64,000 nucleotides of DNA from Macrostomum lignano (Eukaryota). Within the stretch, counting starts at the first letter, position 1; each line of letters opens with the position of its first letter. Location: positions 776,277-840,276 of the forward strand of contig NIVC01000168.1 of assembly GCA_002269645.1 (NCBI GenBank), given 5' to 3'. Of this stretch, positions 1 to 13,300 are shown piece after piece. The notes below the pieces were generated by a model, which saw only the letters and a list, made by a program, of their open reading frames with translations, did no database searches and was not told the origin of the DNA. Position numbers and translations under genes: made by a program.

Positions 1-312
1 CATCTGCTGCTATAAATTCATGTAAATATGTATGTATGCGGCAGTAAATCAAGGCGAAAGTCAACCTGAAGGAAGTACGCTCGTACGAGCATGCAAGTAC
101 GCACTTGCAGTGTGCACAGCATCCCTGACTTTCTCCTATCTTCAGGCATGTGCGAATTTTTGTGCAAAATTGTGCCCTTAGAAACTGGCTTTTACAAACG
201 TAAATTCCACGGTCACCCTTAGATCAATTTAGGTGCACTATTGGAGATTCAGAGTCATTACTGGTCCGCTATTCAGGCCCTAACTCAAACTGAAACTTAT
301 GAATCATTGCAG

Positions 313-3300
313 ATTCAAGCGTTGGAACATACGGGTTCTTCAGAGCAGCCAGCAACAGCTTGGAAGAATGGCTACAGGTAGATTTTCTGCATAAAGTGAC
401 CGTGCAATCCGTTGCTATGTCAGGAGTCTACTGCTTGTCTGGCCTGGAAAGGGAAGCTGTGACCAGCTACATCATTTTGTACTCGCTATCCGGACTTTAC
501 TGGGGCTTTGCACCAGGAGTGAGTGAGCCTGTAGAGACGCAGAAAAGTACCAGATTATCAGTAAAAAAAAACAGAATCTTTAAAAACTGATTATTAAATC
601 CATTATATATAATCCATCAATAGATTATGCGAGGTCCCGCCGGCTATCCTCAAAGCTGCATCTCAACGGTGGAGCGCCTCTCCAGTCCCATTGTGGGTCG
701 GAGCTTCCGCCTCTATCCACTGCACCTGACTGGCAGGCTGGCCGGCAAACTCGAGCTATTCGGCTGCTCAGCTCAGGTGTCGCTGGAAGCTCCAGCAGTG
801 CCAGTGTGGCCCCACCAGTTGACGGTCAGAACGCAGCATTCATCGGCTGGCGCTGCCACCAGCTGGCCTGATGGTCCCGCGTCGCTTCTGCTGCCCCTAA
901 CGGAGGCAGTTGGCGCCCTGGCTGGAAACTTTTACGAGCTGCCAGTGAATGCCTCGGTTCGGCTGACTTTTTCTGTGCTGCATCGGGTGTTCAGCGTGAT
1001 TACAGCAGGCTACAACGGATCGTACATCAGCTCATATGATCTCCGGTACGGCCAGACAGACGACGCGCTGCCTGTCGATGTACCGCGAGCCAACATGCCG
1101 GATCGCACGCTTCTTGGCAGCGTCATTTCCCAGCTGAAGTTCACCGAGGACCTGCCGAGCTCTTTGGTAGTGAAATATCTTGAGCTGACGCCAAGGCACT
1201 ACTATGGCGATGCGAGGCTTCAGTTTGGCGTTCTGGCATTTCCTGTTGGTGAGTTCGTGAGAGTCAAGTTATTCCTATTGTAGTTTCTATTTTTATTAAA
1301 AGCAACCGAATGTTTCACCAACAGAATGCCCTGCACTGACCAACGGTTCATTCAGCGTGGTTGAGAGCGCTCCCCCAGGCCAGGTGCAGATCTCGTTTTC
1401 GCTGCAAAATATGAGCTATCTCACCAATGTAACGGTCGATGTTCGTCTGGCACTCGGAGTTGACAAAGGTGTTGTTCTCTTCAGAGTCACTGGCAGTCCA
1501 GAGGAGCAGGTGTGAATCTTTAAAGTATATATTAATTACTAGTAACTTGGGATATTTTACGAAGTACGCTGCTAATGCTGAGGAATAAGAAAAAACTAAA
1601 ATCAAACACTGCAGACAATAACTGTGAACAATGGAACAAACCGTGTGTGGCTAAATCGCACATTTGCGGCAAAGTCCGGATACCTGCAGGCCAATTCATC
1701 GGAAATTGTCAGTCTCAGCATCCTGAACATCTACGCTTGCGCAAGTGGAGGTAAGTTCTTACTCAAGAAACATTTTGAAGTTTTGGACTTAGTTTTGCTC
1801 CTTTGAGCTCTGGTTAATAAAATTGATGCATTGTGCTTCAAATTTGTTGCCGAACGTGAGCTTAATTATGATGAGCTGTCATTTGGTAAGTACTTTGAAG
1901 TATCGTGTGAAATAACTCAAAAGTTATCCTTAAAAATGCCATTTTACATTAGCTTGACTTACTTGACTTAGCAGGGGCTCCGGGAATCAGGATGTAGCGG
2001 GGTGGCGTTGACGACCATTCCGCTAACCCCTGTCGACCGCGGGCAGCTGGTGTGAGATTAGGTGGTGTTGGTGTCTGCAGTGCGGTTCCCCCTCCGGATG
2101 GTATACGAGGTGGATGGTCGCTCGCCCGGTAGCCCTTAGGTAGCGGACGAGCTGGTGGAAAAAATAAGACCTATCTCACCAATGTAACGGTCGATGTTCA
2201 CTGGAGTTGACAAAAGATTCTCGGGCCTGAAAATCCTGGAAGGTCCGGGTTTGGGCCGAGGTAGGTGAGCCTGTCCTGAGTAAATACGGGACATTCACAG
2301 ATGAAGTGCCCGCATTCTCGACACCGGAGAGGCAGAAAGGTCTTTTTCCTCACTGCAGATTTTCCCTGGAGGTAGCGATAGCTGGTAAAACAGCTGCGGC
2401 CTGAGGGAGCCATGGGTACCGCCCTGATGTCCCTGCAGTCGAGTCCAAGCAGGGCCCTGCGGAGGGTGGGGTTTCCATCTGCTTTAATACAGCTGTTTTC
2501 ACCAAACCTCGTACAAATGCTTTCAACAGACTGTCCAGTGAACTTCTATTATCATGAGGGCGCCTGCCGGCACCACCTTGTCGATGGCATCGGCGGCATC
2601 CCTCGCTCTGTTGCTGAGGCCTACTGCAAGAGCGTTCACTGGCTGAAGTCAGGAGGCCTGTTCCAGCCAACCAGCTACTATGACTATGCAGCTTTGCGAC
2701 TGGCCTATGTTGACTTGTCACTGTGAGTAAAATAGCTCTTTTTGTCTCTAGCTGGCTGGTGTAAAGCACTCTCTACTACGCCTTCCTCAAATCATCTGTC
2801 AAATTGCGCCTTAGTGTTTCTGAAAGCGCTAACTAAAAATTCCTCCCGACAGGAACGTCTGTTACGAAAATTGTTTTATTTGACGCTCCAAATCCTATTT
2901 TAAATAGTCAGTTGGCTTGCTTCGACATTTAAAGCAAAGAACTAAAGATGTGTTGTTTAAGAACCCCAAATTGGTCCTTCCAATGTTAAAAGTAGCGCCA
3001 ACGTGTGATGTAAAGACTACAGCAGCAGAATTACCTCTTTTCACAAATTTCTGCAGAAAATTCAATCAAAGCCAGCAGCCACTGCGCCGCGACGCCAGCT
3101 TTCACATGGACGCCAGACAGCGCCCATCCGACGGTCAGTGGGTCACGAGTTCGAACTCCAGCCTGGCTTGGAGCCACTGGGCGCCCAGCCAGCCAGCGGT
3201 CGGGTCCTGCGCCACCTCGCGTCTCACTGAAGAGGCCTGGACTTCTGTTGATTGCGACTCCAGCCGAGCCCACGTCATCTGCCAGATCGAGGCTGGTCAG

Positions 3301-4372
3301 TTTTTTTTGCTGCGGCTTCAATTGTTGCTCGATCTTGGATCGAAGCAGTGTTTTTCCGGAGCCCGCAAAACATAAATTTAGGGCACGAATCTTAATCGCT
3401 TTGTTGTGGGAAGACCATACATAGGAAGCATCGAGTCCTTACTTCAACTCGGGGGTTGGAGAGGGAAGAGAGGGGAGAGAGTAGAAGGGAGGGAGGAAAG
3501 GGAGAGGTAAGAGAAAGGAGAGAGTAGAGAGGAGAGAGGAGAGAGGAGAGAGAGATGAGAAAAGAGCGAAGAAGGGGGAGGGAAGAGAAGAGAAAAGAGG
3601 AGGGAGATGGAAGAGAGAGAAGGGAGAGAAGAGAGGAGAGGGAAGCGATAAAGGGGCGAGAGAAATGAGAAAAAAGAGGAGAGGGGGAGAGAGAGAGGAG
3701 AGAGGAGAGAGGAGAGAGGAGAGAGGGAGAGAGAAGAGAGAGAAGAGGGGAGAGGGAAGAGAGAAAAAGAGGAGAGAGGGGGAGAGGGGAGAGGGAAAAG
3801 AGAAGAGAGGAGAGATGGGGAGAGGGGGAGAGGGAAGAGAAAAAGAGGAGAGAGGGGGAGAGAGAAGAGAGGAAAGAGGGGAGAGGAGACAGAGAGAGGA
3901 GAGAAGAAAGCTGAGAAGAGATGAGAAGAGACACCAACCTCGAGCGGGCTGGATTGCTATTGAGAAGTTTCAAAGGCCCCGCGGGCGGGAGTTCTCTGAC
4001 CCTACTCTAACTAGTCCATTCTCATTTGTAAAGAATGCCTTCCAATCTGAGTTGGCTTTGCTTGTGTTTTTTCAGTCTACACCAGCGGGGTAGGGTTCTT
4101 TGATTATTAAACGCCACTAACAATTTTTTTCAAGAATTTTTTGTGATTATTAACTTGCTGATGTTTCAGTGACAGCTTGAAAAAAGTCTTTATTTTTTCT
4201 TCTAGACGAGAATCAGCATCTGGACTGCAGCAGGCCGTTCTACAATGTGATTTTCAACTACTCGGGAAATGCAGAGGGCAAGCGGGCACTTTACTATGGC
4301 AGCATTCAGTCTGCACTCGTTAAGTGCCAGGCCGGCGCCTGCAACACACACATGTCCTGAAGCCTTCTCAAG
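313..4372 (+). CDS. PKD1-like 5' exons: F5/8 type C (discoidin) domain(s) and C-type lectin domain
   Basis: [21 protein letters not shown]...VTSYIILYS and [23 protein letters not shown] match F5/8[14 protein letters not shown]...EAYC...[15 protein letters not shown]...[16 protein letters not shown] matches a CTL fold. Confidence 0.75.
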
Positions 4373-7300
4373 GTGAAAATAAAGTCAGCCTCAAATGACA
4401 GTGATTTATGCATTCACCTGAACCTTAGCAAGGTATACGTGCAATTTTAAAAAAATCTACCAAGCTATCTCCATTCTACAAGTACTTCATTCCATAGCTT
4501 GTGATAATGTATAATTTGCATTGATTGTACATATGGGTAGAACCGTAGATCAAGGTACATGTAAGTTAAACCAGTGATAGCCGATTTCAATTATAGTAAA
4601 CCAACTTAGGTGATGCAACAAATATAAAGTTTCATGTAACTCAGCGGGGGTTTGGGTTGTGTGGCTTTGCCAATGTACTCAAATTTGGTCCCTCTGGCCC
4701 ATGAGCTTGAGTATGCTCTGTCCAGTGTACTTGACTCTAGACTGTTATAGGCATGTTGGTTGTATGCTTCCTACTTGTATAATAAAATCAATTGATGATA
4801 AATTCTGCAAGGCACGATTTCTTTTCACAAACCAAGCTCGACCTGTATTTGTTAGTGACTTGACTTGCAGTCCATAGTGAGCTTCAAGCCTACTTTCAAT
4901 ATTTCTACTCACCTTGCCATACATGTATAAAGAAATGAGCCATGCAACGCATGCACTATCACACGAAGAAAATCGCCTCAAGATCTGCTTGTTGTGCTAC
5001 AAAAAGGGCTCATCAATGCAACGAATAGGTAATGCCTCGCTGAAACGCATTCAGGCACACTTTTTGCCCAACTACAATGCGAATGATGAGCAGCTACCTG
5101 CAGCACTCTGTGCCCGATGCAACAAGCTTCTGGCTGACGTCGACAAGGGCATAAAAGCGCCGAATGTTTTGCCGAACTCCTCTGAGGTCGTAAAGGTGAG
5201 CCCAACAAAGATTACGCGACAGTCCAGCAGTTGTGCTTGCAAAATATGTGAGACTGCCCGGTTCAACCCGATTGGGAAAGGACTGGGAAAATGGAAACCA
5301 GAGCCACATTCGCTTGGACGACCCGCGTGTTCGGATCCAGATCATGGTCTGCCACCGGCACAACCTGTTGTCATCTGCCAGCGCTGCCACTCAATGGTTG
5401 GCAGAGGTTTGCCTCACTACTGCACGCAAACACAGCGACGAGAAATTCTATTCAGTAAGTTGTCGCTAGACCGTCGAGGTGCCGAAATCCACGCAAGTGA
5501 CGTGATCAAAGCTAAGGCTGCTTCCACCGGCTCAAACTCTAGATTTCAATTGGCAACTAGAGGTCGTGATCTTACAGTGTGTGTTGGGCAACGGGCTGGT
5601 AGTTCTACATCAATGAGAGGTGGCTGCGCCGTACCAGCAGAGGAATTCAGCCGATTCCAGCAGACGCTGTGTTTGAGCAGTCGGCAAACTAAGTTGGCCG
5701 CCCAATTTTTTCGAGCATGGAAAGGACGCAAGAGCATTGAGCCAAATTTGCGCAGCAAACTGAGCGCCATCGACTCTGCTCTAGATGATTTGTTTGAGTT
5801 GACTAACCTAGAGATGGACTGTGCCAAAGGAAAAAGGGAAATGCGCAGCATTGTATTCTGCACTGATCCTCTGGCTCTGATTGACAGAGTGATGGCACGT
5901 CGTCAGGTCAGTGCAGATGACGGCGCATTGATTAAAGTTGGCATCGACAGCGGAGGTGGCTTCTTGAAATTTTGTGTTAGCATTGTGTCTGCTCAAGGTT
6001 TAAAAGATCAACCTACCGGAAGTCGCAGCACGTACGCAGAAGGCGCATGCCGTTTCCATTTTGAGGATGGAGGAGTCCGTAAACTGCTCCTGCTTGCCAT
6101 TGCCGAATCTGTTTCCGAGTCCTACGATAATCTGCAGCAGATCCTGAATCTTCTTAATTTGCAAGGATTTTCATTCTGTGCAGCAGTTGATATGAAAATT
6201 TCGAATGCGATCCTGGGACTTCAGTGCTGCAGCAGCACCCATCCCTGCCCTTGGTGTAAGACTGCCAGGATCGATTTTTCTAATCCAGACCGCACGAACG
6301 TGTTGAGATCGATCGGCGGTATTCGGCTACAGGCATTTGAGTACCAGCGCACTGTAGAAGAAAAAGCGCCGCGCAACGTGTCTGCTGCTGCTTTCAAAAA
6401 CTGTGTGCGTTCTCCTCTGCTCGAAGTTCCAGACAGCACAATGGTGCTCCAGGCCATTCCACCAATGGGGCTGCATCTCTTGCTTGGCGTGACCAATCGA
6501 CTATTCGAAGAACTGGAAACTCAACTGCGAGGACTCGAAGACTGTCAGATAAGCACCGATGACTGGCTACAGCAGCTTGGCCTTCGACGACCATTGCAGA
6601 ACGGTGGGAACTTTGCCGGAAACGCCTGCGAGTGTCTTCTAAATGGCGTCGACATTTTGATTGCAATGCTGGCTCAGCACAATGTGTTTTCGGCAATGCC
6701 TGTAGCTCATGCCCTACGCTGCTTCCGCGATGTGAAGGCTTCGTGCTTTGGTATGAGTGTGTGTGGAGACTTTGAGAATCGAGTCCGGGCATTCGAACAA
6801 GCCTATATCGATCTTGGAATCCGCGTCACCCCGAAAGTCCACGCTGTTATTGACCACGTTGTCCAGTTTTTGAACATGTCCAATATAGCTGGAGAACCCA
6901 AGAAGGGACTTGGCTTCTGGTCTGAGCAGGTGGTTGAGACTGCACACCACGATTTCAGCAGCATGTGGCAAGACTTTCGGATCGATTTTCATCATCCATC
7001 GTATCCAGATCGACTGCGCAAGTGTGTTGTTGCATACTGCTCTCGTCATGCCTAAACAAAATGTGAACTAGCTAAATCAATCAAGACTGCGAATTAGGAT
7101 TATACATTTCTCTTTATTGGGATGAACAAATAGTTCTTAGTCAGACCCTGTAGACTGGAAAGCGAAATTAAACAGAACATAAACAGGAAGTAAATAATTG
7201 GAATCTTTCAAAAAGCGTGTTATCTTACCCATTCAACCCACCGAAATACAATGTCCGCATTTCAAAATTCCATTCTAGCTTTGCAATGCATGCATAGAGA

Positions 7301-10300
7301 TAGTTAGTTGACTAGAAAATGAAATCTAAAAGAGACTAGAGGATCGCTAGCTATTCTCTTATCCCGATAGGACCCTAAAGTTATTTTTTCTTTTATTTAT
7401 TATTGAATTAATGATAGGAATACATTAGGTAGCTGGTGGAAACCTTAATTTAATTCTTTCTATGGTAAACTTATATTGCAGAAGTCCTTGTTCTTACCTA
7501 TCATCATGGAAAGGGAATAGCTTCCTTTGAAAACTCAGCAGTATTTAATAGAAGGATATGCCTATGGTTCCAAGGGCCAAAATGGCATGAATACGAGAGC
7601 TGTGCAGCAAATTTACAGGCTCACAGCCAATGAGATGGTAGCTACGTATGAGGAGGGAATAATAGCTACAACTCAAAAGCAAGCGATAGAAAAATATCTG
7701 GGATAATATTCTCTCCATGCCTTGCATCACTCACGCACAATTTTGCGCAATGCTTCTTTGTCCACTTTTATGTAGCATTCTCTGTACTGTACGAGTGTTT
7801 ATGCTGTTTTTTGTTACATTTAGTCACAATTATTCATTGATGTTTCAATTTATACTTTATACTTTGGACTTTGTAAGGTGATGGCATACCTATGAATTAT
7901 AATGAAAAGTTTCTGACTTGTTTTAGGATCATTTTTTCAAATTTCACAAACTCTTGTAGACACTCATTTTTTGCATCACGCATATTGAAAACCAATAGTA
8001 ATTAGGTCATATGGTAATAAAGTGCTGTAAATCAGAGATAGCTCGGGAGATTTTTTTGAAATTGCACATATGTTGTGCTAAGGTCCAGATGAGTGTGTAA
8101 ATTATTGTCATTTCAGGCTGACTTTATTTTCACCTTTAAAGGGCTTCAAGACATGTGTGCAACAGTCTTCAAGCCGGTGTTGGAGAGCCAGCCATCTACA
8201 GCTCAACCGTGCACTCGCGTTCCATTGGCTTTCAGCCCAGCTGGCTGCAGAATCAGTTCTTCATCGAACAAATCTGCCGAAGTAAGCGCGAACGGCTCTG
8301 ATAAATTAAGTTTCGGTCTTCAGATTAAATAATTTTTCTGTGCTCCTACGACCTTTTTTTACTCAATATATTATATAGTATTTAATATTGCATTGCACCT
8401 GCCCCAATTGGGCCAGATGTGCAACCGACAGCTCAGTTGCAGCTATTGCGCGGCGCATCTGAAGGCTGTTCTGGGAAGGACTGGGGGTCACCACACACAC
8501 CCTCAATTCCCCCAGCTGATGCTTTCACCCATTTTGCAGCTGCATGGGTGAACTGAAGCAATGCAGAGTGTCTTGCTCATGAACGCAAATTGTTTCAGTG
8601 GGATCGGGAATCGAACCCCCGACCTTCAGGTTTTAAGTCCGACGCTCTAACCACTAGGCTACAATCCCCCTCTAAGCTACAACCCCTCTAAGCTACAACC
8701 CTAATATACAACCCCCTAAGCTACAACCCATCTAAGCTACAACCCCTCTGAGCTACAACCTCTTCTAAGCTAAAACCCCTCTTAAGCTACAACCCCTCTA
8801 AGCTACAACCCCTCTAAGCTACAACCCCTCTAAGCTAAAACCCCTCTTAAGCTACAACCCCTCTAAGCTACAACCCCTTCTAAGCTACAACCCCTCTAAG
8901 CTACAACCCCTCTAAGCTACAACCCCTTCTAAGCTAAAACCCCTCTAAGCTACAACCCCTCTAAGCTAAAACCCCTCTTAAGCTACAACCCCTCTAAGCT
9001 ACAACCCCTCTAAGCTACAACCCCTCTAAGCTAAAACCCCTCTAAGCTACAACCCCTCTAAGCTACAACCCCTTCTAAGCTAAAACCCCTCTAAGCTACA
9101 GCCCCTCTAAGCTAAAACCCCTCTAAGCTACAACCCCTCTAAGCTACAACCCCTCTATGCTACAACCCCTCTAAGCTACAACCCCTCTAAGCTACAACCC
9201 CTTCTAAGCTAAAACCCCTCTAAGCTACAACCCCTCTAAGCTAAAACCCCTCTTAAGCTACAACTCCTCTAAGCTACAACCCCTCTAAGCTACAACCCCT
9301 CTAAGCTACAACCCCTCTAAGCTACAACCCCTCTAAGCTACAACCCCTCTAAGCTACAACCCCTCTAAGCTACAACCCCTCTAAGCTACAACCCCTCTAA
9401 GCTAAAACCCCTCTAAGCTACAACCCCTCTAAGCTACAACCCCTCTAAGCTACAACCCCTCTAAGCTACAACCCCTCTAAGCTAAAACCCCTCTAAGCTA
9501 CAACCCCTCTAAGCTAAAACCCCTCTTAAGCTACAACCCCTCTAAGCTACAACCCCTCTAAGCTACAACCCCTCTAAGCTACAACCCCTTCTAAGCTAAA
9601 ACCCCTCTAAGCTACAACCCCTCTAAGCTAAAACCCCTCTTAAGCTACAACCCCTCTAAGCTACAACCCCTCTAAGCTAAAACCCCTCTAAGCTACAACC
9701 CCTCTAAGCTACAACCCCTCTAAGCTACAACCCCTCTAAGCTACAACCCCTCTAAGCTAAAACCCCTCTAAGCTACAACCCCTCTAAGCTACAACCCCTC
9801 TAAGCTAAAACCCCTCTAAGCTACAACCCCTCTAAGCTACAACCCCTCTAAGCTAAAACCCCTCTTAAGCTACAACCCCTCTAAGCTTCAACCCCTCTAA
9901 GCTAAAACCCCTCTAAGCTACAACCCCTCTTAAGCTACAACCCCTCTAAGCTACAACCCTTCTAAGCTACATCCCCCTAAGCTACAGCCGCGATTATACT
10001 CAAATCAATCGGTAAAATTCTATTGACACCCATCATTTTGGTATCGGTAACAAAGTATTTTTAAAAGTAAAACGGGAAAAGTAGCTTTTCAGAGAAGTAA
10101 CAATTGTTAAATTATAGTAAATAGTAACGAGTGACTTACTGAACACTACCAATCTACCACTAGCAGAAGACTGCTGGCACAGCCTGACTTCTGCCATGTC
10201 CAACGTAAGCGCAACGCTGTTTACAAACGCCACGAATGGCAGCGATTCGCATTCGTTGATATCGTACACGACTCTGAGTAGCTCGAACGGAGTTTTCAAC

Positions 10301-13300
10301 GGATACTTCTTGACGGTGCGCATCCGGTCAATTCAATTTCAAGGCTTCTCTGAAATTGGAGCATTAGTAAATTTATTGGCATAACCAATATTCGAAACCC
10401 GCAGATCACATTTAATAAGCAAGTTCGAGTGACCGGTTTCGGCTTCATGGGTGCGGGCAACAATTTAAGGATTGGAGACAAACCGGTTGCCTACGCAGCC
10501 GTGAAGCTGCTGTTCTTTGAAGCGGAAGCGGCTGCGTGGGTCAGTGCAGCAACGGCGCTAAGTCTGAACAAGGTACGAGTGGTTTCTAAAGGACTAATTG
10601 ACTTTTAACAGTAGAAAGACCACGCTATTTTCCCCATGGGAAAGACCACGGGGATGTATTACAAATACATCCAACCCATTTCACGATAGTTCGCAAACCG
10701 AATTACCGATTTTCTTAAAATTCCACCATATGGATCAAATTTTTCCGCCCTTTTCGACGAACTAACTTTCAAAGTTATCCGACATCAGCATCGTCAAGAT
10801 ATTCAACGATTCTTGTCGAAGACACTGGTGGCAAGGACAACCAACACTACACTCTATAAACCTTTATGATGAAAAATGTGTGTATTTGAAATACACCCCT
10901 TTGGCGGCTTGCTGAGCAAGGCGAAAATTAAAGGAACACGGTTGGTTTTATATTTGATTATGCCCGTGGGCTAAATAGAGTAGCGCGGTGCGTAGAAGCA
11001 AAAGTGGTGTCATAGACTAAAGTGAAAGTCATTAGGCTAGCCGCCACACAGCTCCCCCCCAGCACCAAGCTACTTGCTGAAGTGTACTGGCCGACACTGC
11101 CGATGAGGCTGTCGGCGACGCTGAACCATGGTTGGCGGCGCTGCTGGCTGTGTCATATCCGTGTGCTCGGCTGGCTGCCGAAGTAGCGAGTCTGAAGCTC
11201 TCCAACCGGTGTGAGGCGAAACGATACTGACTGGTGCCCACCTGGGTCGACCTCGAGGGCGTAGCGCCGGCTGTGGAATGGGATCAGCAGTGTTCAACAG
11301 CGCAGGCTTTAACCTGTCCACGCTGACTCGATCTTTCCGGGTGCCTAAATCTAACAGAAAGGCTTTGGCTTCCCGCTCAATGACCTTGAATGGCCCATCA
11401 TACGGTCTTTGCAACGCCGCGCGGTGGCCGTCTCGACGGACGAATACGAACGTGCAGGTATCGAGGGCCGCGGGCCAAGCAGATGGACGGCTGCCGTGGT
11501 GCGACGTTGGCACCGGCCGAAAAGCCTGCACTGCTCTGCGCACTTGCAGCAGGAACTGGTCGTAGCCCAGAGTGTCGGGTGGCTGGGTAGTAGGCACTCT
11601 CCGGGTACGCTGATAGGTGCCCCGTACACCAACTCTGCTGATGATGCTGGCAGATCTTCCTTGGGAGCCGTGCGGATGCCGAGAAGCACCCAGGGCAGCT
11701 CGTTGACCCATGTCGGTCCGGATAAGCGCGCCATCAATGAAGCCTTTAATTGCCGATGAAATCGCTCGACCAGCCCATTCGACTGCGGGTGAAAAGCCGT
11801 TGTCCGGTGCAGCTGCATTCCGAGTAGCCGGGAGCAGTTCGTCCATAGCTGTGAAGTGAACCGCGAGCCCCTGTCCGATGTAATGTCACTTGGCACGCCA
11901 AAGCGGGCGACCCAATGGGAAATAAAAGCTGATGCACAGGCTGCTGCTGAAGTATCCGTCATGGGAATTGCCTCTGGCCACCGAGTGAAGCGGTCCACGA
12001 TGGTAAACAAGTGAGTGAAACCCTGTGACTGCGGCAGCGGTCCTACCAGATCCACGTGGACATGGGCAAAACGCTGTCCGGGGACCCCGATGCCTTCGAT
12101 GGGTGCGGCGACGTGTCGATGGACTTTAGCTGTCTGGCAAGCGACACAGGTCCGGGCCCACTGGGTAACGTCCCGGTTCATTTTTTCCCACACAAATTTT
12201 TCGGCCACCAAATGGCGCGTGCTGCGAACCGATGGGTGCGCGAGGCCGTGAATTGCGTCAAAAACAGCGCGGCGAAACTCCGGAGGCACGAATGGGCGTG
12301 GCCGACCGGTAGAGGTGTCGCACAACAACACCAGTCCTGGGCCGATCTCCACTCGCGCCAGCTGAAGGCTACTGCTTGTGTGAGCCACTGGGACCGCCTG
12401 TTGCGCCCTCGCCATCTCCTCAAAGTTCACGCCGGGGAGCCACTGCGACTGAACTGCTGCCGCCGTACACCGAGAAAGCGCGTCCGCTGCCGGGTTCTCT
12501 TTGCCCGCGATGTGCTGGATATCCGTTGTGAACTCGGATATGTAAGCTAAGTGTCGCTGCTGCCTGGCTGACCACGGATCCGAGATTTTTGACATAGCTG
12601 CGACCAGTGGCTTGTGGCCTGTGAAAGCAGTGAAAACCCGACCTTCTAGAAAGTAGCGAAAGTGCCGGACAGCCAGGTACAAGGCTAGCAACTCGCGGTC
12701 GAAAGCACTGTATTTCTGCTCCGGAGCACGGAGCTGGCGACTGAAGAAAGCCAGCGGTTGCCAGCCGTTGCCAACTCGCTGCTCCAGAGCGGCACCAATA
12801 GCGATGTCAGAAGCGTCCACGGTCAGGCCGATCGGCGCCTTTGGCAGTGGGTGCGCCAGCATTGCCGCACCTGCCAGGGCCTGCTTAGCATTGTTAAATG
12901 CGGCCGTCAGCTCGGGTGTCCAACGGACCAGTTTGCCTTTTCCAGCAGTAGCCACATGAATGGGGCGCAGTAGCTGGGCGGCTCGCGGCACAAAGCGGTG
13001 GTAGAAGTTTACCATGCCGGCGAACTCCTGCAGGCCCTTGACGGTGGTGGGCGGTGCAAAACGAACGACAGCGTCAACTTTTGAGGGCAGCGGCACGGCT
13101 CCCTGAGCGCTGATTCGATGGCCGAGGAAATCAATTTCGCTGCGGCCGAACTGGCACTTCGCGGGTTGACTAGAAAACCATTGCTGGCCATACGTTGGAA
13201 CAGCGTTCGCAAGTGCTCCAAGTGCTGATCCGGGTTGTGACTGGCCACTAGGAAATCGTCAATGTAAGCAAATACGAAATCCAAGTCTTGGCAAACAGAG

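Noticed and set aside
147-312. Additional 5' PKD1-like exons (147-~200, ~221-270)
   Set aside because: Plausible acceptors and an F5/8C-like peptide exist, but the boundaries could not be fixed confidently.
7056-8010. RAG2-like partner gene in the transposon's 3' region
   Set aside because: No substantial ORF or kelch-like signal on either strand.
8295-8330. Hammerhead ribozyme-like cores (minus CTGAAGA-CC-GAAA here; CTGAAGA at ~29386; CTGATGA at ~45745, ~49725 and ~60000)
   Set aside because: Each lacks stem II, the GAAA segment or a valid stem III/UH cleavage site.
8580-8670. tRNA genes at 8580-8670, 17341-17410, 26100-26165, 32564-32640, 59390-59460
   Set aside because: A/B boxes are present but there is no intact cloverleaf and each is followed by a shared SINE body.
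8672-9985. CRISPR-like arrays
   Set aside because: All arrays are head-to-tail with no unique spacers; the context is eukaryotic and there are no cas genes.
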